42,065 bases of DNA from a virus (lineage: Duplodnaviria; Caudoviricetes). The translations under genes and the position numbers were made by a program. Numbering within the stretch: position 1 is the stretch's first letter; each line of letters begins with the position of its first letter. The notes beneath the pieces were generated by a model, which saw only the letters and a list, made by a program, of their open reading frames with translations, searched no databases and was not told where the DNA came from. Location of the stretch: the IMG/VR virus record IMGVR_UViG_3300037790_000132, positions 1 through 42,065 of that record; one strand, written 5' to 3'. Shown here in pieces: positions 27,628-37,353 of this stretch.

Positions 27628-28536
27628 ATGAGCACTGATTTAGCAGAGCAAATTTTTAGCCCCGAAGAGCAACAACAGCTCACCGCCAAAATAGAAAAAA
27701 TGGCAGGGCACATTCAATTAGTAATGCCTGATTCTGTAGATGAAGCATGGCAACTGGTTGTTCGAATGGAAGAACAAGCATTAATCGATTCCGCAAAGCG
27801 TGGACTTATATATCTAAGTATTAAGTCACATTCACAACATGGAGAGTTTGATAAAAAGCTTAAAGAATATGGTATTCCACGCCGTAATGCGTTTAATGCA
27901 ATGGCCGTTTCTAAGATGTTTTTAGCGCTTCCTGAATCAAAAGTGCAGACGTCTGCACTTTTGAATATGAACAAAAGCAAGCTTATTGAAATGGCTCGCT
28001 TACCCGTTGAAACGGTTGAAGCACTCGACGAGGATGACCTAGAAACACTTAATGACTTATCTGTACGAGAGTTTCGTAAAGAAATTCGCAAGCTTAAAGA
28101 AAAGCACACTGAACTTGAAGAGCAAACAGCCACGCTAATTAACGCCCTTGAAACAGAGCGTCTAATCAAAGCCCCAAAACAAATGTATGAGTTACCAGTA
28201 CTCGTTGCGCAGGTTCGCCAACGTGCATACGCACACAGCGCCATAGTAAATGAATCGCTTGAAGAGTTCATAAACATGGTTGAGCAATTATGTACAAGCC
28301 GCGACCTTGACCCAAATCACCGTATTGGTGGCGCTCAAACCACATGGCATTTATGGCTCGGTATTCAGCAACGGATTGGCCATATGCTAAACCGACTAAC
28401 TGATGAGTTTGGCGCAGAAAACCTAACAGGTGCAGAGCAAATACCGCACTTTGCCGAAGACGAGTGGCAAGACGCACAAGCTAACCGTGAATACATGTTA
28501 GCCATGTTTAACGACCGTATTAAAACCCGCGAGTAG
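27628..28536 (+). CDS. DUF3102-like protein of transposable phages
   Basis: HGEFDKKLKEYGIPRRNAFNAM and MNKSKLIEM motifs with a coiled coil. Immediately upstream of the transposase. Confidence 0.6.
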   Translation: MSTDLAEQIFSPEEQQQLTAKIEKMAGHIQLVMPDSVDEAWQLVVRMEEQALIDSAKRGLIYLSIKSHSQHGEFDKKLKEYGIPRRNAFNAMAVSKMFLALPESKVQTSALLNMNKSKLIEMARLPVETVEALDEDDLETLNDLSVREFRKEIRKLKEKHTELEEQTATLINALETERLIKAPKQMYELPVLVAQVRQRAYAHSAIVNESLEEFINMVEQLCTSRDLDPNHRIGGAQTTWHLWLGIQQRIGHMLNRLTDEFGAENLTGAEQIPHFAEDEWQDAQANREYMLAMFNDRIKTRE

Positions 28537-28545
28537 GAGAGAGTA

Positions 28546-30210
28546 ATGCATCCTGCAGTTCAAAAATTTAACCAGCTACCAAGTATTGGCAACGATTTAA
28601 CGTGGCAGAACGCCAGTGAAACAGCGCGAAAAAAAGCCCAATGTAAAGCTGTTTTGGTGCGCCACTTATTAACACAAGAAGGTGGCTTGCCTAATGCGTT
28701 TGCAAATCTAGTGGCTGAGTACCGTGGTAACACCGCAATAAGTTCGCTTACCTCGGCCATTGATTCATTAGGGCGTTTGCCTGGTCGCGCCACAGTTTAT
28801 AACTGGTGTAATGCCTACAAAGAAAATGGCATTAATGGTTTGCTGCCTAACCACAAAGGCAAAGCCCAAACAAAATACAGCTGGCTTTCACGTTGTTTAG
28901 AACTTTATCACAGCCCAAATAGCCCGAGCTTTGCGCAGGTGGCAGACCAATTAAACAAAGAGGGGTATAAAGCTGAGCACCATCAAGTACGCCGCTTTAT
29001 AAATGGCTTACCACACGAACTTGGCCCACAAAGCCCGTACCGTATGGGCGCTAAGTTATACCGTGAAAAACATAAAGATCATTTATTACGTTCAACAGAA
29101 AATATTAAGCCTGGTGTTTTATATAACGGTGATGGCCACACGCTTGATGTTTACTTAGCACACCCTAAAACAGGTAAGCCCTATCGCGCAGAGCTTACAG
29201 CATTTCAAGACGTTGGCAGCCGCTGCATTGTTGGCTGGGAACTGGGCGTAGCCGAGAACACGGTAGACACATTAACAGCAATTAGTCGTTCTATGCGTGA
29301 CTTAAACCACGTACCCGCCATGTTTTATTTAGACAATGGCTCTGGTTACAAAAGCAAACTAATGAACGATGAAACAACCGGCTTTTATGCGCAGTTTGAA
29401 ATCGATGTCATTTTTGCAATACCAGGCAATGCACGAGCAAAGTGGATAGAACGCTTTTTCTTACATATGGAAGACCGCGTTGGTAAACGTTTTAGTACGT
29501 ACTGTGGCCGTCACCACGATGACCGCCATAAACGATTAGTGCTCAAAGAGGCCCAGCAAGGTAAACGTAAACTACCCACTGTAGATGAGTGGATTGCTGA
29601 GTTTACCGTGTTTTTAAATGACTACCACAACAGTGAACACCCAGAAATAAAGGGGAAAACGCGCCAGCAAGTATGGGATGAAGGCTTAGAACCTGTACCT
29701 CCACTTGAATCCGATTTTGTAGTGCTGCCACGTGAAAAAGTCAACATTCGCCGTGGACGTTTTCGTTTACATAAACGCGACTACAGTGCCGATTACTTGC
29801 ACCAGTTTAACGGCCAAGCGCTTATAGCTGCATACGACATGCAAGACGACACCTACACCAAGCTTTATAAGCTAAATGGTGAGTTTTTAATGATGGCTAA
29901 GCTTAAAACCAAGTCGCATGCCATACCTACATCACGCGTTGAAGAAGCTGAACACAAACGCTTCACAAGTCGCTTAAAACGTAACGACATTAAGCGCCGT
30001 GAAATCGAAGCCCAAGAGGCCACTGGTCGTGTAATTGATGTCGATACCATCGAAGAACTTGCAGCGCCAACAACGCCTGCAATTGCACATAAACAAGAAG
30101 TTAACGTGTTTGAGTTTGACGTAACACCCACTAAACCACAGCACGAAATTGACCTAGACGAATTACTCGATCAACCCATTACACGCAAGGAACAAAGCTA
30201 TGAGCTATAA
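28546..30210 (+). CDS. Mu-like DDE transposase (A)
   Basis: DDE triad in GDGHT, YLDNGSGY and KWIERFF. N-terminal HTH and Mu-transposase-like C-terminal region. Confidence 0.93.
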   Translation: MHPAVQKFNQLPSIGNDLTWQNASETARKKAQCKAVLVRHLLTQEGGLPNAFANLVAEYRGNTAISSLTSAIDSLGRLPGRATVYNWCNAYKENGINGLLPNHKGKAQTKYSWLSRCLELYHSPNSPSFAQVADQLNKEGYKAEHHQVRRFINGLPHELGPQSPYRMGAKLYREKHKDHLLRSTENIKPGVLYNGDGHTLDVYLAHPKTGKPYRAELTAFQDVGSRCIVGWELGVAENTVDTLTAISRSMRDLNHVPAMFYLDNGSGYKSKLMNDETTGFYAQFEIDVIFAIPGNARAKWIERFFLHMEDRVGKRFSTYCGRHHDDRHKRLVLKEAQQGKRKLPTVDEWIAEFTVFLNDYHNSEHPEIKGKTRQQVWDEGLEPVPPLESDFVVLPREKVNIRRGRFRLHKRDYSADYLHQFNGQALIAAYDMQDDTYTKLYKLNGEFLMMAKLKTKSHAIPTSRVEEAEHKRFTSRLKRNDIKRREIEAQEATGRVIDVDTIEELAAPTTPAIAHKQEVNVFEFDVTPTKPQHEIDLDELLDQPITRKEQSYEL

Positions 30211-31435
30211 AATCCCATTTACCTATACCGACGAGCAAATACTTCGTGTTGAACTAATCAACCAAGAAATGGATACGCTTGGATTAACACCCGAAAAGCT
30301 AACCTGTGGTTTTGCGCTGCAATCGATTAAAGAAGCCCTGACATTCAAATGCACTATTAATCCACAAAAGGTTATTGATGGTATTTGGGTTGAGCTTTTT
30401 GATAACGCCAGTATTGAAGAAATTCAAAAACGTAATGGCTTTAATAAAGCGTATTCAAAGGCTGATAGAGAGCTATGTACGCGTATTTGTTTGCGCTTAC
30501 AGTCACCTGAAATGCGCGATCAAAACATTACCAGTGCAAGCATTGCTAAAAGTATGGGTAAAAGTGCAGCCACTATAAGCCAATTATTAAATGGGAAATA
30601 TGGCGCAAACCCAAGCAAACATTTACATGATATTTGGGGCCTTATTTCACCTGCAGAGCTAGAACAATCTAAGCAAGCAGAAGAACGTAAATATGTCAGC
30701 ATTGTGTATGGCAAGGTGCCGTTTATTCCTACAAGTACATCAAAACTAATTGCCATGGCATGTGACCAAGCAAGGCAACGCCGCCGATTTAGTGTGTTTG
30801 CAGGGCAAGCAGGTCTTGGTAAGACTAAGGGCATTAATGAGTATTGCCGCAATAACAAAGAAGCCATTTTAATTGCAGGCAGTGAACAAACCAGCAGTGC
30901 GCAGGTGCTTGACCAATTGATTTTGGCTTTGGGCTTATCTCGTTGCCCAAGTGCCTACAAAAACATGCAAAAAATCATTATGGCACTGCGTGATACAGAC
31001 CGCCTGATCATCTTAGACGAAGCCGATAAGTGTAAGCCAAATGCACTTGACCCACTTCGTACCATAAGCGACCAAGCCATTGTCGGTGTAACCCTCGTAG
31101 GCAACATTCAACTGGTCGATAAACTCCAAACACAAGAACGCTACGAACTCATTGCAAGCCGCGTGTGTTTTTGGCCTAAACCAATCGGGCAAGTAACGGT
31201 TGAAGATATTCAAACCCTATTCATTGAGCTAACCGAGGGCACCGTAAAGCTTGCTAATGACGATGCAAGTTGGTGGCAATGGCTGCATAAGCGCGTTGAA
31301 GGCAATGCCCGCGAGCTTGTCGAAAACCTATTACCGCATGTTTTAAATCATGCCAACAAAAAGCCTGGTGTCGCAATCGATAAGTTACTTATTAACGGTA
31401 TCTTTAGCTCTGTACTTAACAAACCTGCAGTTTAA
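30200..31435 (+). CDS. MuB-like AAA+ transposition ATPase
   Basis: Walker A GQAGLGKT, Walker B IILDEAD, SRV arginine finger and an N-terminal HTH. Confidence 0.92.
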   Translation: MSYKIPFTYTDEQILRVELINQEMDTLGLTPEKLTCGFALQSIKEALTFKCTINPQKVIDGIWVELFDNASIEEIQKRNGFNKAYSKADRELCTRICLRLQSPEMRDQNITSASIAKSMGKSAATISQLLNGKYGANPSKHLHDIWGLISPAELEQSKQAEERKYVSIVYGKVPFIPTSTSKLIAMACDQARQRRRFSVFAGQAGLGKTKGINEYCRNNKEAILIAGSEQTSSAQVLDQLILALGLSRCPSAYKNMQKIIMALRDTDRLIILDEADKCKPNALDPLRTISDQAIVGVTLVGNIQLVDKLQTQERYELIASRVCFWPKPIGQVTVEDIQTLFIELTEGTVKLANDDASWWQWLHKRVEGNARELVENLLPHVLNHANKKPGVAIDKLLINGIFSSVLNKPAV

Positions 31436-31471
31436 ACGCTGTTTAAATTCCATTTAAAGAAGGATTAAATC

Positions 31472-31831
31472 ATGGCATTTTCTATCAAATTACACACACC
31501 ACGTTACTCTGCACAGTTGGCGTTTAGCTCATTAGTTACAAGCTCTCTAATGCTGGGTTTGCTCGCTAAAAAAGACCCACAAGGTGAGTTAATCGATTAC
31601 TGCAATGGCAATATTAAAGCAGCCTTTGCAACGCTTGCAGCAGATAAGCTTTTTAGTATTCATCATGTTCACGAGATGAATGGACCTGAACACACAGCGC
31701 GCCGTTTTAATACCATTTATCGTGACTTTCCACTTGTGTTTACTCAAGGCATGAAAGACTGGGGAATTAAGATTATCTCGTTAGAGGCATCACCTCATTT
31801 TGAAATTGAAAGCATGGAGGAAAGCGCGTGA
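31472..31831 (+). CDS. Hypothetical protein
   Basis: AAGGA RBS and GTGA overlap with the next gene. Confidence 0.6.
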   Translation: MAFSIKLHTPRYSAQLAFSSLVTSSLMLGLLAKKDPQGELIDYCNGNIKAAFATLAADKLFSIHHVHEMNGPEHTARRFNTIYRDFPLVFTQGMKDWGIKIISLEASPHFEIESMEESA

Positions 31832-32226
31832 GTAATTTGATCCAACAAATCAAAATTGCACAAAAGGCAGCGGGTATCGATCAAGATACCCACCAACTTA
31901 ATGTTGCGTACATTTGTAACCAACGCACTAACACGTGTACTGGTTTAACAAAGCTCGAACAACAGCAGCTGCTTGCGCGTTACCGTGCAATGAACCCAAA
32001 CGCAGGCAAAAAGCAATTACCACCTCAGCTTAAAATGATTTATAGCCTGTGGGGACAATTACACAGAGCCGGTGCAGTTAACGTTGACTCTAAAGGTGCT
32101 TGTGAGTCGTTTTGTGAAAACCACTTACAAGGTAAAAAGCTGTATCAAAGCGCACAGCAATGGCCGCACATCATTGAAGTACTTAAACAATGGTTAGCAC
32201 GCCACAAAGCAAAGCAGGGGGTTTAA
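31828..32226 (+). CDS. gemA: GemA (Mu gp16, DUF1018)-like protein
   Basis: LIQQIKIAQKAAGID, QLKMIYSLWGQL and IIEVLKQWLAR motifs. Confidence 0.82.
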   Translation: MSNLIQQIKIAQKAAGIDQDTHQLNVAYICNQRTNTCTGLTKLEQQQLLARYRAMNPNAGKKQLPPQLKMIYSLWGQLHRAGAVNVDSKGACESFCENHLQGKKLYQSAQQWPHIIEVLKQWLARHKAKQGV

Positions 32227-32424
32227 ATGGCTAATTACGAAGACTATCAAAACTTCACTATTAACCCGCGTAAACAGCCTTATAGCGAGGTAGATAGAAA
32301 GCGCCCAGTTAAAGCTGAAGACCAACGTAAGTGCCGTATTCGTCGTGATGTTGAAGCGTACCATCAGCAGCGCGCAATCGATCGGGAACACGGCCTTGAC
32401 TACTTATGGGATGAACAGTCATGA
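32227..32424 (+). CDS. Small hypothetical protein
   Basis: Abuts gemA and has an ATGA overlap with the mor-like gene. Confidence 0.6.
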   Translation: MANYEDYQNFTINPRKQPYSEVDRKRPVKAEDQRKCRIRRDVEAYHQQRAIDREHGLDYLWDEQS

Positions 32425-32825
32425 AAAAACCTGAGTTAGATTTACGCGCATTGCCTTATGGCTTGCGCAAGCTTGTTGAAATTTTAGGAGTAGATAAAAC
32501 AATCGCACTACTCACTGAACATCAGGGCCAAATGTTTTATATACCGCGTAAGCCAACACCCAACCATGAGGCCGTAAAAATTTTTGGTATTGAGTTAGTA
32601 CAAGCGCTTGTTGATGAATACGAAAACAAGCATTACCAAATGCCAATGCTGCACAAAGTACTGCAGCAAATTCGCAACCAAGAAATTTGCTACGCGCTTG
32701 ATAACAAAACCTGCAGCATTCAGCAGCTGGTGAAGCGCTTTAAGATAACGCGCCAGCAAGTCAGCAGTATTTACAGCACGTATCAGCAAGAACGTGTAGG
32801 CGAAACACAGCTCAACTTGTTATGA
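32421..32825 (+). CDS. mor: Mor/C-family transcription activator
   Basis: GQMFYIP, IRNQEI and a C-terminal HTH (IQQLVKRFKITRQQVSSI). Confidence 0.85.
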   Translation: MKKPELDLRALPYGLRKLVEILGVDKTIALLTEHQGQMFYIPRKPTPNHEAVKIFGIELVQALVDEYENKHYQMPMLHKVLQQIRNQEICYALDNKTCSIQQLVKRFKITRQQVSSIYSTYQQERVGETQLNLL

Positions 32826-33019
32826 AAGACGATAACTTTGTGTTGCTAACAGCTTTACAACTTAGCGGAGGCGCTAAGCCAAAGAAGTGGCTATTCGAGT
32901 ATGGATTAAGGCTATTAAACCGTTACATCAACCAACGTAAGGTGTTGGGGTTAGATGTAACGGGTTTAATGGATGAGTATAGGGAAGCGATAAATGATAT
33001 TAAAGCCACCAATCATTAG
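32822..33019 (+). CDS. Small hypothetical protein
   Basis: ATGA overlap with the mor-like gene. Its 3' end overlaps the convergent FRG gene. Confidence 0.55.
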   Translation: MKDDNFVLLTALQLSGGAKPKKWLFEYGLRLLNRYINQRKVLGLDVTGLMDEYREAINDIKATNH

Positions 33020-33872
33020 AGTCGTTTATGTCTTGATAATCAGTTTCAACGTATTTATTGCTTTCTTTAATATACTTAGCAACAGAGTCTAACTCGGGAA
33101 ACAGTTTTGCAGTCGTTATTCCGAGAACTTCAAGTTCTTCGAGTAAATTACTCTTTGATTCTTTCGGTATAATAAGCTTCTTGTCTTGAATTCTGTAATC
33201 TGGAGGAATTTCAGCACAATCTCTTTTTTTATTTTTCATACCAAAAAGTAGAAAAGCTCCATCTTGACGTATTATTCTATTGTTATTTAATTTCGGCTTA
33301 ACACACAAAACTTTTTGCATATCCTCTATCAATATTTTATCTAAAAAGTAAGGTTTCTCACGATTTATAAAGTGAAGGTATTGTTGCTGATAAACTTCTG
33401 ATTTATAAGTAAAAGAATGATCTTGACATTTGATATCAAAATTACTACCCATATTTGAAATATTGGCAATAACACTTACGGTGTCACTTTCAGAATACTT
33501 GATTTTATTTTTAGGGATGTTAAAAACAATCAATTCGCCATCTTTTTGATCTTGTGAAATACATGCAAAATATAATGCAACCAAAGCATTTGAAGTAATA
33601 TCTAACAGTCTTGTTGGGAAGTCGTAATGTTGCATTTTAACTAAGTTATCAAATGTTGTATTAGTATTACTAAATTCAGATGGACATGTTAAAAGAAAGT
33701 CTTGTATCATTTTGTCTTCATTACAAATCCATTTTTCTTCACGGTATATGGATGGCCTTAGCCTATAAGATGTATCAGCATGCCCCCTAAAATAAAATTG
33801 GTTATCAATATCTTTAACTTTAGGTAAATTATCTAGAAGCGTTTTTATTGATTTAATATATATTGTTTCCAT
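33000..33872 (-). CDS. FRG-domain protein (moron)
   Basis: YFRGHAD, LRPSIYR, MQHYDFPTRLLDIT, VALYFAC, RIIRQDGAF and LFPELD motifs. AT-rich and antisense to the operon. Confidence 0.9.
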   Translation of the reverse strand: METIYIKSIKTLLDNLPKVKDIDNQFYFRGHADTSYRLRPSIYREEKWICNEDKMIQDFLLTCPSEFSNTNTTFDNLVKMQHYDFPTRLLDITSNALVALYFACISQDQKDGELIVFNIPKNKIKYSESDTVSVIANISNMGSNFDIKCQDHSFTYKSEVYQQQYLHFINREKPYFLDKILIEDMQKVLCVKPKLNNNRIIRQDGAFLLFGMKNKKRDCAEIPPDYRIQDKKLIIPKESKSNLLEELEVLGITTAKLFPELDSVAKYIKESNKYVETDYQDINDSNDWWL

Positions 33873-33958
33873 GCCATAACCAGAAAAAATTGAGTTGCCC
33901 TAATTATACAAATATTTAAGTTTTTTTGCTGAATTATTGGCATCTAGATAATTTAATT

Positions 33959-33989
33959 GGCTTGCCCCTATTGTAATGGCAAGCCTTTT
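33959..33989 (+). terminator. Intrinsic terminator closing the early/middle operon
   Basis: GGCTTGCC...GGCAAGCC stem followed by TTTT. Confidence 0.65.
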
Positions 33990-34026
33990 CATTTTAACCT
34001 AATAAGACACCCGCAAAATACAACGC

Positions 34027-34072
34027 TGAAAACAACTTTACAGCGGAATGCCCCCCTCTAAATTGATTTACT
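34027..34072 (+). promoter_or_regulatory. Putative late promoter for lysis/packaging operon
   Basis: TGAAAACAACTTTACAGC-N22-TTTACT, a degenerate match to the 9.6- and 20.5-kb motif. Confidence 0.5.
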
Positions 34073-34078
34073 TAACGC

Positions 34079-34339
34079 ATGACAAAAACAGTGCATGCGC
34101 CATTTATTGAGTTATTAGCTCAGCTTATTGTGTCGGCCAAGTCAAAAAACGAGCAAATCGCTATATCACGCCGTTGCCCGTTAAAAGATTTGCCAGCACT
34201 ACGCACACGCGTAAAAGAGCTATTAAACCCAGCTAACCAAAAGCCAACGCGGAAAACTCGTTTGCCTGCCTGTTACGTCCTAATTAAACAACGATTAACT
34301 AATCTGAGGACTCAACATGGTGGCCAAAATAAGAGTTAA
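34079..34339 (+). CDS. Small basic hypothetical protein
   Basis: First ORF after the late promoter. No evident Shine-Dalgarno. Confidence 0.5.
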   Translation: MTKTVHAPFIELLAQLIVSAKSKNEQIAISRRCPLKDLPALRTRVKELLNPANQKPTRKTRLPACYVLIKQRLTNLRTQHGGQNKS

Positions 34340-34760
34340 AGTCCCAACTGCACCTAGTTTCTTATTTCAGGAAATAGTGCCTGAAAATGTCTTTAATTTA
34401 TTTAAAGACGATCCCCTTTTTCTTTTAAACTTTTTTGATGAAAGAGCCTTACGCATGCTGCAAAAGCTGCGTGATAAGTTCGGCCCTTGCACCGTAAATA
34501 ACTGGCTATGGGGTGGTGCTAACCACTTACGTGGTTATAGACCGTTAGATTGCCCAATTGGCGCAAAGCGCAGCCAACACAAACTAGGTAAAGCCTTTGA
34601 TTGTAGTTTTGAAAACTACACAGCTCAGCAGGTACGTGATTACGTATTAGCTCACCCTGAAGAATTTCCTTACATTACAGCCATTGAGGGCGATGTGAGT
34701 TGGTTCCATTTCGACGTTCGCACACCTACGTGGACGGGCATTAACGTTTTTTACCCGTAA
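34317..34760 (+). CDS. Endolysin, peptidase M15-like
   Basis: RGYR, SQHKLGKAFD (SxHxxGxAxD) and WFHFD zinc-peptidase motifs. Confidence 0.82.
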   Translation: MVAKIRVKVPTAPSFLFQEIVPENVFNLFKDDPLFLLNFFDERALRMLQKLRDKFGPCTVNNWLWGGANHLRGYRPLDCPIGAKRSQHKLGKAFDCSFENYTAQQVRDYVLAHPEEFPYITAIEGDVSWFHFDVRTPTWTGINVFYP

Positions 34761-34769
34761 GGACACCCA

Positions 34770-35108
34770 ATGACACCAGAACAAGAGAACCAGCTATTTC
34801 AAGCAATCGGTGAAATTCAAGGAAGCCAAACGGCTATTTTAGACGACCTGAGAAGTATTAAGGCAGATATCCATCACAGCATAGAAAAAAGTGAAGCCCG
34901 CCAAAAGCAGATAACGGATAGTTTAAAAATTGATATTGAAAAAAGTGAGCAGCGACAGTCTGATGCACTTAAAAACCATGCCGAGCGATTAACGAAAGTT
35001 GAAGACAAGCTGACTAACCAGCGTGTAAAGGTGGCTGCTATGGGTGGTGCTTCTGGCTTAGCTGTGTCTTTAATTGCCTATGCTGTTAAAAATGGGATGT
35101 TTAACTAA
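34770..35108 (+). CDS. Coiled-coil protein with C-terminal TM (holin-like/lysis-associated)
   Basis: AIGEIQG start, a coiled coil and an AAMGGASGLAVSLIAYAV tail. Directly upstream of terS. Confidence 0.5.
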   Translation: MTPEQENQLFQAIGEIQGSQTAILDDLRSIKADIHHSIEKSEARQKQITDSLKIDIEKSEQRQSDALKNHAERLTKVEDKLTNQRVKVAAMGGASGLAVSLIAYAVKNGMFN

Positions 35109-35614
35109 TGGCACACCCTGCAGAGAAGAAAAACGCGGTACGTCACAGCTATGTAAGCGAACTGCTGGCATTAAGTGTTGCAGCAGTAAAGCATAGTGTT
35201 GCAGATGGCACAGCCCGCCGCTGGAAGATGGAAGCGAAAGACCAGGGCGATGATTGGGATCTTGCTCGTGCGGCAAGCCGTCGTAGTGAGGGTGCTGCAG
35301 GTGAGTTTACAACCGACTTTATCGAAGAGTTTACTATTCAAGTAAACGAAACCTTTGAGCTATTAAAATCTGAAGAAGGTTTAGCACTCCCATTAGAGCA
35401 GCGCACTAAAGTACTTAGCTCACTCACTGATATGATGAGCAAAGTAATGAAAGTATCTGGTGGCAATAGGCGCTTAGAAAAACGTACAGTAGCTGCTGAA
35501 GTTATCAAAATTTTAGCTAAATTTGTTTCAAAACATCACCCTGACTATGCACCGCAATTAGTCGAAATTCTTACTGCATTTGGTCCTCAGCTCGATAAGG
35601 AGTTAAGCGACTAA
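35108..35614 (+). CDS. terS: Terminase small subunit (DUF1804-like)
   Basis: MAHPAEKKNAVRHSYV and TARRWK...GDDWDLARAA. Coupled to terL. Confidence 0.8.
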   Translation: MAHPAEKKNAVRHSYVSELLALSVAAVKHSVADGTARRWKMEAKDQGDDWDLARAASRRSEGAAGEFTTDFIEEFTIQVNETFELLKSEEGLALPLEQRTKVLSSLTDMMSKVMKVSGGNRRLEKRTVAAEVIKILAKFVSKHHPDYAPQLVEILTAFGPQLDKELSD

Positions 35615-37353
35615 TGGCCGATTTAAACACACGTGATTTTTTAGCAGAGATAGAGCAAGTAACCAGTGCATTACGCCGCGATATTGAAGCTAAAGAGCGT
35701 CATATTGATCCAAGCCCTGAAGCGATTTTAGAACGTCGCAAACGTGTTTTAAGCGGTGATTTTGAGTTTTTTGTATATACCTATTTCCCGCACCATATGT
35801 GGCTAGATGATGGGCAGAAACCATCCGAGTTTCAGGCTTATTTTAATAGTTGGCTACCAGAAGCATTAAAACTTAAAAACGGCTGGAAGAACTGGTTTGT
35901 TGCCCCGCGTGGTGAGGGTAAAAGTACGCTTAGCGTAAAAATTGCCCCTGTGTATGTGTCAGTATTGGCACTGCTGCAAGACGCAGAGGTACGCCAAGAA
36001 CTTGGCTTAGAAAAGCCACCTCTCTTTATTGATTTTGTGATCTTGTTTGGTGCTGAAACCAAGATGCCAACCAAGACCCTTGAAGTCGTTAAAACGGAGT
36101 TGTTGAACAATAACAACTTAGCCTTAGACTTTCCTGAAGTATGCGAAAAATCACCAGTATGGAAGTTAGGCGAGTTTGTAACAGCGCAAGGTGTACGCTT
36201 TGAAAGCCGCGGTGCAGAGCAGTCTGTACGTGGTGCGTTCCACGGTGCAAGCCGTCCTAAGTTGTTACTCTCTGACGATATCATTACCGATGCCGAAGCC
36301 AAGTCACCCACAGAGCGTGAAAACCGCTGGCAATTCCTTGAAGCTGCCGTGCAGTTCTTGGGCCCACCTGATGGTACCGTAAAATTCTTGGGCGTGAACA
36401 CGGTTCTTAATAATGATGACCCAATTAGCCGTGCTGAAGAAGCACCAGGGCACATTGTTCACCGCTTTAAAGCAATTAAACAAATGCCTGAGCGCATGGA
36501 CTTGTGGGAGCAATGTCGCGACTTGATGGTGCATGATGATAAACGCTTTGAAAAGCGCGAAGCGGCTAAAGGTATTGCTGTTGCCACCGAAGATAAGCCT
36601 TCGTTTAAGTTTTGGATCAAGAATAAACGCGCAATGCTTAAGGGCGCTAAAACCAGTTGGCCAAGTGTACGTACACTCTACGATTTAATGTGTATGTGGG
36701 CTGCGAACAAGCGCGAGTTTAACCGCGAAATGCAAGGTATTGCTAAAAGCGATGAAGAAGCCATTTTTTATCAGTTTGATTTTTGGGTTGACCGTTTACA
36801 CAACTGGGTACCATACGGTGCATGTGATCCAAGTATGGGTAAAACAGAAAAAGCAGACCCAAGCGCGATACTTGTTGGCTTTTATTCAAAAGACTTACAA
36901 AAGCTGCACGTTGAATACGAAAGCCGCAAAGTGCGCGGTACCAGCCGTTTACTTAACGACATAATTCGCGCTCAAAAAGAATATAACTGCTTAGTGTGGG
37001 GCTTTGAGAATAACAACGCCTTTGACTTTATGCGCAGCGAGTTTATCACCAAAGGGTTAGAACAGGGCATTGCACTGCCATTACGGGGGGTTACGGCCAC
37101 ACTACCAGCTGAAGAACGTATAGGCTCACTTGAAACCTATGTGACCAATACTCCCGCACAAATTGCCTTTCATTCACGCTGCCCTTTATTGCTCGACGAA
37201 CTAGAAAACTGGCCAGAAAAACAAACAACACATCACTACGACTTGAGTTGTGCCTTAGCGATTTTATGGATGATATCGAGCACTGGCGCAGGCGGGATGC
37301 CTAGAGTTCGAAGCCGCAAAGTAACCAGACAAATAGGGGGCTATCATGTTTAA
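35614..37353 (+). CDS. terL: Terminase large subunit
   Basis: APRGEGKST Walker A, RPKLLLSDD Walker B, nuclease GACDPSMG and HYDLSCAL. Confidence 0.93.
   Translation: MADLNTRDFLAEIEQVTSALRRDIEAKERHIDPSPEAILERRKRVLSGDFEFFVYTYFPHHMWLDDGQKPSEFQAYFNSWLPEALKLKNGWKNWFVAPRGEGKSTLSVKIAPVYVSVLALLQDAEVRQELGLEKPPLFIDFVILFGAETKMPTKTLEVVKTELLNNNNLALDFPEVCEKSPVWKLGEFVTAQGVRFESRGAEQSVRGAFHGASRPKLLLSDDIITDAEAKSPTERENRWQFLEAAVQFLGPPDGTVKFLGVNTVLNNDDPISRAEEAPGHIVHRFKAIKQMPERMDLWEQCRDLMVHDDKRFEKREAAKGIAVATEDKPSFKFWIKNKRAMLKGAKTSWPSVRTLYDLMCMWAANKREFNREMQGIAKSDEEAIFYQFDFWVDRLHNWVPYGACDPSMGKTEKADPSAILVGFYSKDLQKLHVEYESRKVRGTSRLLNDIIRAQKEYNCLVWGFENNNAFDFMRSEFITKGLEQGIALPLRGVTATLPAEERIGSLETYVTNTPAQIAFHSRCPLLLDELENWPEKQTTHHYDLSCALAILWMISSTGAGGMPRVRSRKVTRQIGGYHV

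Noticed and set aside
27558-27638. 26-codon ORF overlapping the DUF3102-like start, with T6 and G6 runs (possible frameshift or phase variation)
   Set aside because: The runs are short and the downstream gene has its own plausible G-rich RBS. There is no support without homologue alignment.
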